Assembly (NCBI GenBank): GCA_041937175.2 | Contig: CP166615.1 | Location: 1,248,001 to 1,312,000 of the forward strand | DNA: 64,000 nucleotides | Reading direction: 5' to 3' | Source: Limnothrix sp. BL-A-16 | GTDB taxonomy: Bacteria > Cyanobacteriota > Cyanobacteriia > CACIAM-69d | Part shown: piece by piece, positions 30,334 through 40,211 of the stretch | Layout: each line of letters begins with the position of its first letter | Position numbering within the stretch: the first letter of the stretch is position 1 | Translations under genes and position numbers: made by a program | The notes under the pieces: generated by a model | The model's database searches: none | What the model saw: the letters and a program-made list of their open reading frames with translations, nothing else | What the model was told of the DNA's origin: nothing

Positions 30334-32331
30334 TCAGTGGGACAACTCACCGCTTGGGCAAGCCCGATCGCGACCACGGGTTTTGGCTTCAAACAGGGCC
30401 AAGTCAGCCGCAGCCACCAGCGCCGAGGGATCCAAATTGGCACGCGGAATCAGACTGGCGGCCCCCAAGCTCAGGGTCACGATCGAAGCCACGGGCGAAT
30501 AGGCATGGGGAATTTGCAAGTCGCGAATCGTTTCGAGAATGCCATGCGCCACCGTCATGGCTCCGTCGATGTGGGTTTCCGGCAAAATCACCGCAAATTC
30601 TTCCCCCCCATAACGAAATGTGAGATCCGTTGATCGCTTCACGGCCTGGGCGATCGAGCGGGCCACCTGGCGCAGGCAATCATCCCCCGCCAAATGGCCA
30701 TAGCGATCGTTATAGGTTTTGAACGAGTCAATATCGCCTACCAAAATTGCCAGGGGCGATTGTTGGCGCAAGGCCCTTTGCCACTCTCGGGCCAGAGCCT
30801 CATCAAAACTGCGGCGGTTAGAAATGCCCGTCAGGCCATCCAACGTAGCCAGCCGCTCCAACTTTCGGTTAGCCAACTCCAACCGTCGATATAACTCCGC
30901 CTGTTGAATCGCGATCGCCAGTTGGCCGGCCAATTGCTTTAAGAACTCAATTTCCCAGGCTTGCCAACTGTGGGGTTCGTGCCACTGATACACCACCAAC
31001 AGTCCCCACTGATCATCTCCAAGCGGATTAGGCGTATGTCCCGTGGTGGTCCCGCCTTCTGGGCGATCGTCCATTTTCAGCGGCAACACTGGCACCGCTT
31101 CCCCTCGCAAAATGGGTACGGCTAAAATGGCGCGCACTCCCGCCTGGGCAATGGCATCCCGGTAAGCAGCCGGCCAGCGATCGTCCGCCAACACATCCTC
31201 CACCTCCCAAATCTCATGCTTCACGAGGTAGAGCAACCGCTCCAGGCCCGCCCCGTCGGTCACCGCCTCGCTGCCACAGACTGGACGAGCGGCATCACGG
31301 CAATTGATCGCCGACAGCTCCAGCGCATGGGTGCTGGATGGGTCAGAGTCCGATCGACTCGCCATCCCCGCCGGAGTCAAGTGACGATAGATGGCCGTTT
31401 GATCCACCCCCAACACTTCGCGCACCGTTTGCACCGTCGTTTGCAGAATTTCCCCCAAATCTAGCGATCGGCGAATTTGCTGGGTCACTTGGCTTAGGAG
31501 TTGTTCCCGTTCCGCCTGTTGCCACAGCAGGGCCTCCGCCTGTTGCCGTTCCGTAATATCCGTAATCACACCCAGCAGTTGCCGTTGGGTTGAATTGGGC
31601 AACATCAAGGGCTTTTTAATGGTTTGAAACCAACGCACTTCGCCCGTTGAGCTGCGGCGCGGCTCCTGGGCAATATATTTTTCTTGCATGGTTTCAATAA
31701 TCGATTCTTCCTCCCGCTGGCTATGTTGCACCTGGGCCGAGTTTCCGCCCAGTTCTGCTTCTGTTTTGCCCAGCATTCGCCCGGGCGTTGTGTTGTAAAA
31801 CGTTGCCAAAGCTTCATTAACTAGGGTGAATCGCCCCCGCTCATCCTTCACAAAAATAAAGTTTGGATTCGCGTCAACAATTGCCCGCAAAAACGACTCC
31901 TGCCGTTGCAATTCTTCGCGGTTGTGGCGCAGGTCATCCAAAATTTGTTGCCGCTCGATCGCATAGCGCATGGCCCGCGACAGCAAATTTGGCCGCAATT
32001 CATCTTTTAAAAGGTAGTCTTGGGCCCCTTCGCGCAAGGAAGCCAACCCGATCGCCTCGTCATCCAACCCCGTCAGCACCACGATCGGCACATCAGCCAC
32101 CGCCGATCGCACCCGCCGAATCGTATCCAGCCCGTAGCTATCCGGCAGGGCCAAATCCAACAGCACAATATCGTACCGCCGTTGATTCAACAGCGTCAGG
32201 GCATCGCTCAGGCGATCGACCCTTCGCCAGCGAAATCCTTGGGTCGTCACCTTCGCCAAAATCATTTCCAATAATCGCGCATCCGTGGGATTGTCTTCCA
32301 CGACCAGCACTTCAATCGCTGAGTCCCCCAC
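30334..32331 (-). CDS. Diguanylate cyclase (REC-PAS-GAF-GGDEF)
   Basis: LLDLALPD receiver; DGLTGISNRR; RSTD I-site followed by RYGGEEF. Confidence 0.94.
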   Translation of the reverse strand: MGDSAIEVLVVEDNPTDARLLEMILAKVTTQGFRWRRVDRLSDALTLLNQRRYDIVLLDLALPDSYGLDTIRRVRSAVADVPIVVLTGLDDEAIGLASLREGAQDYLLKDELRPNLLSRAMRYAIERQQILDDLRHNREELQRQESFLRAIVDANPNFIFVKDERGRFTLVNEALATFYNTTPGRMLGKTEAELGGNSAQVQHSQREEESIIETMQEKYIAQEPRRSSTGEVRWFQTIKKPLMLPNSTQRQLLGVITDITERQQAEALLWQQAEREQLLSQVTQQIRRSLDLGEILQTTVQTVREVLGVDQTAIYRHLTPAGMASRSDSDPSSTHALELSAINCRDAARPVCGSEAVTDGAGLERLLYLVKHEIWEVEDVLADDRWPAAYRDAIAQAGVRAILAVPILRGEAVPVLPLKMDDRPEGGTTTGHTPNPLGDDQWGLLVVYQWHEPHSWQAWEIEFLKQLAGQLAIAIQQAELYRRLELANRKLERLATLDGLTGISNRRSFDEALAREWQRALRQQSPLAILVGDIDSFKTYNDRYGHLAGDDCLRQVARSIAQAVKRSTDLTFRYGGEEFAVILPETHIDGAMTVAHGILETIRDLQIPHAYSPVASIVTLSLGAASLIPRANLDPSALVAAADLALFEAKTRGRDRACPSGELSH

Positions 32332-33278
32332 CGCTGAATTAACCTCCTAGATCCTGTGGCCGCGCGATCGTGAGCGGCATGGCATGACTGACCTCAAATG
32401 ACCTCGATCATTGTCAACTTCAGCCTAACCACCCAAACCTCAACCCCCAAGGGGATTGATTGGCAAAATTGCCGCCACCGGTTTGCCTAATCATTTCCGC
32501 CCATTCGACTCCAGCAGTCCTCCCACCCAGAAAGCAATCAGACCTTGGGGCGGTTGTCTAGCAGAATCCCAGTGATCCTACTCATTTAACCAACCCCATG
32601 ACCAGAACTTTCCCAAAGGTAAAGGCAAAGTAAAGGCATAGCCGAACTTCCAAGCATGTTCGACCCGTTAGGTCTATCTCATGCAAATTCCTGCCCTATA
32701 CATCATGACCCATCTTTTTAAGACCAACCTTAAACTGGAAAGTCTTAGCAAGTGAGCTAATCAAACTCATGATTTTTGTCTAAGTATTAACGAGAGAAGC
32801 CTATCAATCAATATTCTTGGATTGTCTTTATGCTGTGATAGAAACATCACTGTCCTTGAATATTTTCAAGATCAATCACGCACTCTCTATAGGCCAATTC
32901 TTCAGTATTAACCTAAGTTTGGTCAAGGGATACCTGGACAATGTGCGAAATGTTACCAGAGTGATTACAGAGTGAAATATATCAATTTTAGCTAATAATT
33001 TGATCGCCAGTGGTCACATTTGATTATGCAAGCCGCTTGTCCAATTTGCTCGATTTTTTTCCAATCAAAAATCATATTAAAATTAATTGACTCTTCAAAT
33101 AAGCAACCAAATAAATAACCAAGTAAATTAATTTCTGCATCAAGGATTTACACGATCTTACATCATTGTTTTAAACTTTATGTTGTCAGCAATCAAAAAT
33201 TATCTATTTTATTTTCGGGGTTTGTTTTTAGGCTTCATTTCCAGACTTTATTTTCAAACAGTAAACCGATGATGCCTT

Positions 33279-33719
33279 TTAGAACCTTGGAGAGGGTAAT
33301 TTCACAGAACGCAACCAAAACGCCTCGATCGCCAATAACGTTTCTAAAAGACTATGTAAACTATCTGGCTTGGTAATGTAGGCATTGGCTTGCAATTCAT
33401 AGCATCTGCGAATATCTTCTTCTTGATCAGAAGTGGTCATGACAATGACAGGAATAATTTTCAGTGATGGATGTTTTTTAATTGCTTCTAAGACTTCATA
33501 GCCACTACGACGGGGTAGGTTCAAATCTAAAAGAATTAAGTCGGGCCAGTATTTTTCAGGAACTAATGCTGTTTTCTCTAAAAACTTGATTGCCTCTTCG
33601 CCATCTCGCACCAAGTGTAATCGATGGGGAATGTTCAGCCGTCCAAACAGCCTTTCTGTTAGCCTGGCATCAACCGCAGAATCTTCAATGAGTAAAACTT
33701 CAATATTTTTTGCTGGCAT
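33279..33719 (-). CDS. Rcp1-type single-domain response regulator
   Basis: LLIEDS..DARL, PDLILLDLNLP, MTTS, ANAYITKP and FWLRSVKLP tail; AT-rich. Confidence 0.92.
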   Translation of the reverse strand: MPAKNIEVLLIEDSAVDARLTERLFGRLNIPHRLHLVRDGEEAIKFLEKTALVPEKYWPDLILLDLNLPRRSGYEVLEAIKKHPSLKIIPVIVMTTSDQEEDIRRCYELQANAYITKPDSLHSLLETLLAIEAFWLRSVKLPSPRF

Positions 33720-34119
33720 TATAACGACATCCTAACAATCTGGTCACTGCCTGCTCATTTGCTGAAAGGGGTAATGATTCTGAAATTGGGGGTCATTATT
33801 AATGGGATTATATTCCTATTGACTCATCATTCCTATTCACTCACAAACTCACTCATTCACCAATCCTTCGATCGATCAACAAGCCCTGCACAGTTCGATC
33901 GAGAACCCCTCGATTGAGAAATTCTGCTGTTGTTTGGCAATTACTCCATTAAACCCACTTAACCAATTCAGCCCCTTGCACTCATGGCACTCATTGGGCT
34001 GGCCCAACTCAAACGATTGGACAATTCAATAACAATCATTAGCTTTAATGACACGGCCGAAAACCTATGGCACGGGCGATCGAGCGGAATTAAACATCAA
34101 TCCTACAGGGTTGCGATCG

Positions 34120-37100
34120 CTAGCTGGGGCTAAAACTTAGCTCCGTGATGGGAATGGTTTCGGGCTGGTCGGGAATCGTAAACCAGAATGATGATCCTTG
34201 GCCGAGTTGAGATTGCACTCCGATCGAGCCACCGTGACGCTCAATAATTTTCCGACAGATGGCTAACCCAATGCCAGTCCCTTCATATTCTTCACGGTTA
34301 TGGAGTCTTTGGAAAATATTAAAAATTCGCTCGCTATATTGTGGGTCAATCCCAATGCCATTATCAATGACCTGAAAACGCCAATGATGTTCTTCATGAT
34401 TGGCAGTAATGGTAATGACAGGATTGGATTTGCCCCGAAATTTTAGGGCATTGCCAATTAGGTTTTGAAAAAGTTGTGCCAATTGCATGGCATCGGCCAA
34501 AACAATGGGCAAATTTTTAGCCTGAATCGTGGCCTGATTATCTTGAATTGCTAATCGTAAGTTATTGAGTACGATATCAATAATCTGGCTACAATCCACC
34601 GGTTCTAGGGTTCGGCCGCGAGTTTCTACTCTGGAATAGGCCAAAAGATCTCGAATCAGTTGGCGCATTCGTTGGCCACTGTCGATGATGAATTGCAAAT
34701 ATTCTTGGGCATTTTGATCAAGCTGGGGGGCGCATTCTTCCGTGAGCATTTCTGAGAAAGCAATGATGCCACGCAGGGGTTCTTGCAAGTCATGGGAAGC
34801 GACGTAGGCAAATTGTTGAAGCTGTTCGTTGGAGCGCCGCAATCCTTCAATGGCTCGGGTGCGTTCTTCAAGGAGGTGGGCTTGGTAAAGGGCAATACTC
34901 AGTTGCCCGGCCAGTTGTTGTAACAGGTCAATTTCAAAGGAAGTCCAATGCCTTGGCCCCTGACATTGCTGAAGGCAAAGCAGTCCCAACAGAATGGTGG
35001 CCGGCTGTAGACGATCGGTCAGCACTTCCGGGGGCACAAATCCAAGGGCACTGGGATTGAAGTGAACGGCGGCGATGGTGACGGGGACGATCACTTGGCT
35101 GCGAATGCTGAGGCCGTCGATGCAACTGCGCTGTTCGGGGGACAGTTGCAGTTGGGTGAGGTCGTCTTCGCAGGAAATTTGCCCCTGCCAGTAGCGATCG
35201 AGGTTGGGGTGGGTGTTGTCTAAGTTGAGGGTGCAACACCAGGTGTGGCTGGGGTCGATCGCCCCAAAGGGCTGGGCGAGGGCTTCGGCGGCGATCGATC
35301 CGTTGCCGTCCGCTTGGCAACGGTAAAACATCACGCGATCGGCTTTGAGGGTTTTTTGCAGTTCGCTGACCGTGCGCCCCAAGATCACCTGAATATCCAA
35401 GGATTGGCGAATTTTGAAGGCGATCGAGGCGAGCAGTTGCCGATAGCGGTTTTGGTTGTTGCGCTGGAGGGCGGCTTCTCGCTCTTGGGTAATGTCACGG
35501 GCACTGCCCAGGAGCTTAATCACACGGTTCCAGGCATCGCGGATGGGCACTAAGCTGGTGTGCCAAATCCGCTGTTTACCCCGAATCATCAGTTCTTCTT
35601 CGCAACGGATGGTGTCCCGGCCAGCCACGCAGGCTCGAAACCGGGCGATGATCGGCGTGGCACAACTGGGGGGAAACAGGTCTTGGGGCGATCGACCGAT
35701 GATGTGGGTGGCGCGGTGTTCCAAGGCCCGTTCAAAGGCGGGGTTCACGGTTTCGTAGGTGAAGCGTCCGTCTGGATGGACATTAACCAGAAAAATTCGT
35801 TCATCCGATCGCTCAAAAATGCTGGAGTAGAGCGCTTCGGAGGCTCGCAGTCGATCTTGGGTAGCTTGGCGATCGTACCAGGCGTAGATGGTGTCCCCAA
35901 TGGTTTGCAGAATTTGCAGGTCTTGGGCTAACCAGGAACGCGCTTGATGAACACAAAGCACCAAGGCTCCCCAGAGGGCATCCCGGCGATCGTGAATGGC
36001 GGCGATGAGCACGGAGTTGGCTCCCAAGCAGTTGAGCCACTCGGTCACGGCGGAATCTTCCGATTGCAGGGCCTGTCGGGACTCAATCACCACGGCTCGA
36101 TCGCGCCCTAATTGTTCTGTCCAAAGGGGTGGCAAATGGCCCCCAAGGCGATTAAAGTCTCGTACCACGGGCATTTGATTCTCTTCGTGCCACTCGCAGG
36201 CCAAATTCAACAGGGGGCGTTCCATGGGCCCATGGAGCAGCAAGACCCGATCGGCCAGCATGGCTCGTCCCACCGCTTCCAAAACAGACCCAAACCGCAC
36301 ATCATCATCGGCAGTCACCAACAGACGTGCCACATAGGCCACCACGCTTTCCAGGCTGAGGCGATAGCGCAAGTCTGCTTCTACCCGCTTGCGATCGCTC
36401 ACATCCCGAATGGCCACGGCATAGGCCGGCTCCCCCAACCACTCGATCGGGGACACATTCAAATCGCCCACGCCCACGGAACCATCGGGGTGCAGGATAT
36501 CAATTTCTGTGGTTTTCTCAGAGCCGATCGGAATTCCCAGGTGTTCGCCCACCAACTGTTCCGGCGATCGCCCAAAAAGCTGACAGGCCGCCGGGTTGGC
36601 ATAGTCAATTCGCCCCTCACGGTTCACAATCACGATCCCATCGATCGTGTGATCCAACACCTGATCCAAGACCGCTAACCAAGATTGGGATGCGGCTTGC
36701 GACCAATCGGCTGCTCCCAAGGTTGGCAGGCGATCGCCTTGAATGGCGGTAATTTCGCCTTCGGTGGGCACTATTTTCGGCCCGTTGCCCTCGGCACTTG
36801 GGGTAGGCGGCATGGCAACCGCCTCGATCGAGTTTTTGGGGTTAATTTCAGGATTAACTTCGGGGCTGGTGTCAACGTTAATTTCGGGGCGAATTCCAGG
36901 ATCAGAGCTGGTTTCCGGTCTAATTTCAGGCCTAATCTCAGGTCTAATTTCAGGCCTAATCTCAGGTCTAATCTCAGGGTCGGTGAACAAACTCTCAGCG
37001 GCTATCCCAGCCCGATCGCTGCTAGGGCCCGAAAAACCACCCCCCAAGGCAATTCTCAAGCCGGGTAGCACCGTGGTTGACGGCACTCCGGGCCACTGGT

Positions 37101-38061
37101 CGGCGGGGTTGGCCGGCGGGGCTTGCGGTTGCCGGCCCATTGGCGCGGCCGAGGGCAACCCGATTGTCAATTCCGAATCGCCACTAGGCTGCAATCCTGA
37201 TTCTGAACGGGCTGACAAGTCCGCTGTCCATGGGGCGATCGGATGGGTGGAATCGTGATCGTTGTCTTCCCGATCGCAACTGGCCGTGGTGAGCAGGGGT
37301 TGCTCGATCGAAGGCAACCCCGGGGCGCAATTGATAACTGCACCAGGGATGATGCCCGGAGTTGCCCCCGTCCTTGAGTGGAGAGCCGGGTTGATCGTCG
37401 AGTTTTCGATCGGGCCGGCGATCAGACTGCTGGCAAATTGGGTTCCTGAATTCAGTCTCTCCGCGCTGGCACGCACAATCACCGCAGCCGAATCCGCGAT
37501 TTCACCCATTTCTTCCGCAAAAGGAGCCGCCAACGCCAACTGCCGTTCCCAGTTGGCCAACACCCCTTGCACCAACCGCAGCGATCGCCCCAACCGGATC
37601 AGGCCTCCCGTGGCCGCCAACGCCGACCACACCAAAGCATCCAACGCACCTGCCTCAATGGCCGCCACTTCCGCAGCGGGCGAGTCTACCAACACCACCA
37701 ACAAGCGGGCGATCGAGACCTGATATTGTTCATCAGCCACCCCGGACAAGGGCATCGCAACCGGTGACCCAGGGGGGAGCAAACACCGCCACAACGGCTC
37801 TCCCTGCTCATTCACCACCGCCCCATCCACCACCAATAACCCCGTTGGCCACAGGGAACTGTCATTCACCAACCATTGCTGCTGGGCGATCGCTCCATCA
37901 ACGATCGCAGCGGACTGGGCCCAGTGCGTATCCACCTGCGCCAGCCACTGCACCACCTGCTCTGCCCGATCGCGATCGGCACAGACCACCGTTGTTGGCA
38001 AAACCCGATATTCCATCTCCCAATGGTACGCAGAACCGCCAATCGCGTGCTGCAACCTCAA
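34120..38061 (-). CDS. Sensor histidine kinase (degenerate REC, long linker, PAS-GAF-PAS-GAF, Cph1/BphP-type kinase core)
   Basis: RSNEQLQQFAYVASHDLQEPLR, QNLIGNALKF, DNGIGI, FQRLH and GTGIGLAI; start uncertain (38061 TTG or 38016 ATG). Confidence 0.92.
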   Translation of the reverse strand: MRLQHAIGGSAYHWEMEYRVLPTTVVCADRDRAEQVVQWLAQVDTHWAQSAAIVDGAIAQQQWLVNDSSLWPTGLLVVDGAVVNEQGEPLWRCLLPPGSPVAMPLSGVADEQYQVSIARLLVVLVDSPAAEVAAIEAGALDALVWSALAATGGLIRLGRSLRLVQGVLANWERQLALAAPFAEEMGEIADSAAVIVRASAERLNSGTQFASSLIAGPIENSTINPALHSRTGATPGIIPGAVINCAPGLPSIEQPLLTTASCDREDNDHDSTHPIAPWTADLSARSESGLQPSGDSELTIGLPSAAPMGRQPQAPPANPADQWPGVPSTTVLPGLRIALGGGFSGPSSDRAGIAAESLFTDPEIRPEIRPEIRPEIRPEIRPETSSDPGIRPEINVDTSPEVNPEINPKNSIEAVAMPPTPSAEGNGPKIVPTEGEITAIQGDRLPTLGAADWSQAASQSWLAVLDQVLDHTIDGIVIVNREGRIDYANPAACQLFGRSPEQLVGEHLGIPIGSEKTTEIDILHPDGSVGVGDLNVSPIEWLGEPAYAVAIRDVSDRKRVEADLRYRLSLESVVAYVARLLVTADDDVRFGSVLEAVGRAMLADRVLLLHGPMERPLLNLACEWHEENQMPVVRDFNRLGGHLPPLWTEQLGRDRAVVIESRQALQSEDSAVTEWLNCLGANSVLIAAIHDRRDALWGALVLCVHQARSWLAQDLQILQTIGDTIYAWYDRQATQDRLRASEALYSSIFERSDERIFLVNVHPDGRFTYETVNPAFERALEHRATHIIGRSPQDLFPPSCATPIIARFRACVAGRDTIRCEEELMIRGKQRIWHTSLVPIRDAWNRVIKLLGSARDITQEREAALQRNNQNRYRQLLASIAFKIRQSLDIQVILGRTVSELQKTLKADRVMFYRCQADGNGSIAAEALAQPFGAIDPSHTWCCTLNLDNTHPNLDRYWQGQISCEDDLTQLQLSPEQRSCIDGLSIRSQVIVPVTIAAVHFNPSALGFVPPEVLTDRLQPATILLGLLCLQQCQGPRHWTSFEIDLLQQLAGQLSIALYQAHLLEERTRAIEGLRRSNEQLQQFAYVASHDLQEPLRGIIAFSEMLTEECAPQLDQNAQEYLQFIIDSGQRMRQLIRDLLAYSRVETRGRTLEPVDCSQIIDIVLNNLRLAIQDNQATIQAKNLPIVLADAMQLAQLFQNLIGNALKFRGKSNPVITITANHEEHHWRFQVIDNGIGIDPQYSERIFNIFQRLHNREEYEGTGIGLAICRKIIERHGGSIGVQSQLGQGSSFWFTIPDQPETIPITELSFSPS
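36911..36979 (-). repeat. 12-bp coding tandem repeat, (PEIR)x5
   Basis: Alternating GGTCTAATTTCA / GGCCTAATCTCA units. Confidence 0.85.
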
Positions 38062-38460
38062 ACACCCAAATTAAACTTCAATCAAACCGCAAATTCTGTC
38101 AGTTACCAATCTGGGCAGCTATTGTCAACCGCCATACCTTCAACGCGATCCAGCATTTTCGCCAGCGACCTTTGGCAGGGTTCCCTTAATTAGACGATTG
38201 AGAAACACCGACCCATATCCAAGTCAACATTCAAATTAATATCCAGACTGAACAGAGATCAAATTTCAGCCCTTGAATCATCATCCCAGCGCCATTAAAT
38301 CACCCTTAAAACACCATCAATCCGAATTGAGCATGGTTAAATAAACCATGAAGGCTGGTCAAGGGCTGACGAAAATCGCCAAGTCCTCAGTTCTTGACTC
38401 GTGATTTTTCCGCTCTTGTTAACTTCTATTCTTCTCTAGACTTTCTTTTTCCTCAGAGCC

Positions 38461-38667
38461 ATGGCCGAATCTCTCGCGTTGATTGACGATGACAACTGGG
38501 CTGCCAACTTAGAGCAAGTGATTCGTAATGCTCAAGATGGCGACACCATTATTGTTCCCAATTTTTCAGTTCAAGCCCTTGCTGAACGCGCCAAAGACGA
38601 GTTATATCCTGACAAACTACTGCTCTTTGTGGTTCCGGAAAATACCAGCTCCGAAATCAGCAATTAG
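38461..38667 (+). CDS. Small hypothetical protein
   Basis: 68 aa ATG-started ORF with globular composition, in a gap with no competing ORF. Confidence 0.6.
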   Translation: MAESLALIDDDNWAANLEQVIRNAQDGDTIIVPNFSVQALAERAKDELYPDKLLLFVVPENTSSEISN

Positions 38668-38805
38668 GAAAAATTAAGCCAGCATCATCAAACAACAATC
38701 GGCAGACCGCATCAAATCAATTCAGGAACTGAAAATTCAGGGGCTTAATTGACCTAGAACATTCATTAAAGCCTCCCCTTTTGGTTGAATTGTTGAAGTA
38801 CTCGC

Positions 38806-39066
38806 TTAGTTAATCTGCTTGATTGTGTTTGATGATGAGTTGGGCTTGGGCCAAAACCAGAGCAATTGCGGCCAAATCGTTTGCAAAACCAAGGCGGTTC
38901 CCGATCGCCAGTGCTCGGGAGCCGCCTGTTGTTGTTTGAGGATTTGTAACCGGTGACTCAGTGATCGCCAGTAGGCGATCGAAAACCCCGTCAAATAGGT
39001 GGCCAAAATCAAGCCCAAACCATGCTGAATGAAAAAACTTCCCCAGTGATACCCAAGAATCATCGG
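38806..39066 (-). CDS. Possible small membrane protein
   Basis: Two hydrophobic/aromatic stretches; start uncertain. Confidence 0.4.
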   Translation of the reverse strand, partial: PMILGYHWGSFFIQHGLGLILATYLTGFSIAYWRSLSHRLQILKQQQAAPEHWRSGTALVLQTIWPQLLWFWPKPNSSSNTIKQIN

Positions 39067-39281
39067 AATGGCGACACGATTGTGAATGGTCACTCAATCA
39101 GTTCAAAATCCTGAAAAAATTGAGCCAATCCATTATATCGGAAGGCTAGATACCGTGAGTCCAGACATCACAAGCCCGAGTGTTACAGAGCCAGATGTTG
39201 TAGGGGCAGATATCACAGGATGCGCGCAAGCTAGATACCCAAAAGCTCATTAGCAAACTAACTGCTCAACCCATTACTGAG

Positions 39282-39482
39282 CTAATTTGCGCAACTGAGC
39301 CAGCCACGACGCACGGCATGAACAATTCGATCGATCGCGGCCAAATCTTCGAGATCTAACGAGCAGCTCAACAAAGCACGGGACAGGCCCCAGCGATCGC
39401 TCATGGTCAGGCAGCGGGATTCCCAAACGCGCGAAAACAGCTCTGCCAACATATCTTTGTAGAACCAGGTTGTTTGCGACAT
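39282..39482 (-). CDS. Small conserved cyanobacterial hypothetical protein
   Basis: LAELF..V.....LT.SDRWGL..ALL..SL..ED..AIDR...AVRRG pattern; GGAGG ribosome-binding site upstream of ATG 39482. Confidence 0.7.
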   Translation of the reverse strand: MSQTTWFYKDMLAELFSRVWESRCLTMSDRWGLSRALLSCSLDLEDLAAIDRIVHAVRRGWLSCAN

Positions 39483-40211
39483 GTCTGTGAACCTCCCAGG
39501 GCATTTCAGAATTGGATTGCTAACAAAAAATTCGATGTTGATGTATCGGGTTTCAGTGCTCAGTGCCATAATCTTTGGGGTTGGTTAAGGATTAGCGAAA
39601 CAGGACGAAAGCCAGCGATTGGAGACAACTAATTTTTAAGAGTGATGAAGGCACTGGGCACTTGCGAATTAGTTATCTCGATGACATTAAATATGCCGTG
39701 ATTTTGGCTTGAATGTTGTGATTCATCTGTAATTCAATCCGTGATTATTTCCCTGCAATCACGTGACGAAAGCCCATGATTGTGGGTAGTAATTTCACAG
39801 GCCAAGCGTGATCCACTGACAGAGGTGTTGTGATCCCGATCGCCCGGTGATCCCCCGCCGGGGCCCAACCCCTTGGGGCCGCCGCCTCTTGCTCGCTGCC
39901 CACCGCAACGACCATGGTTCATCTGGGATGATTGAGCAGGCTCGTTTGGATCCCGAGATCACCAACGCCTTTCACCGATTCCTTTAGCCTGAACCTAGGC
40001 TTCGCCGCGCGATCGCCCCGGAACAATCACACCTTGGCCCAGCTTCCATGCATTTCTGGGCAACCGCGATCGCGTCAAAACTTACAGAATCACGGCCAGC
40101 CCCTGCGTTATCACGGGCCAAGGGGCGATCGACCCCATCACCCATCCCCCGAGCTTCGGCTAGCGATCGCCCAACCAGATTCATCCTTTATTGACCCAAC
40201 CCCGAAAGCCC

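Noticed and set aside
34120..38061. Cph1-like phytochrome
   Set aside because: The kinase core and Rcp partner are similar, but there is no PAS-GAF-PHY module, DIP motif or canonical CH bilin site
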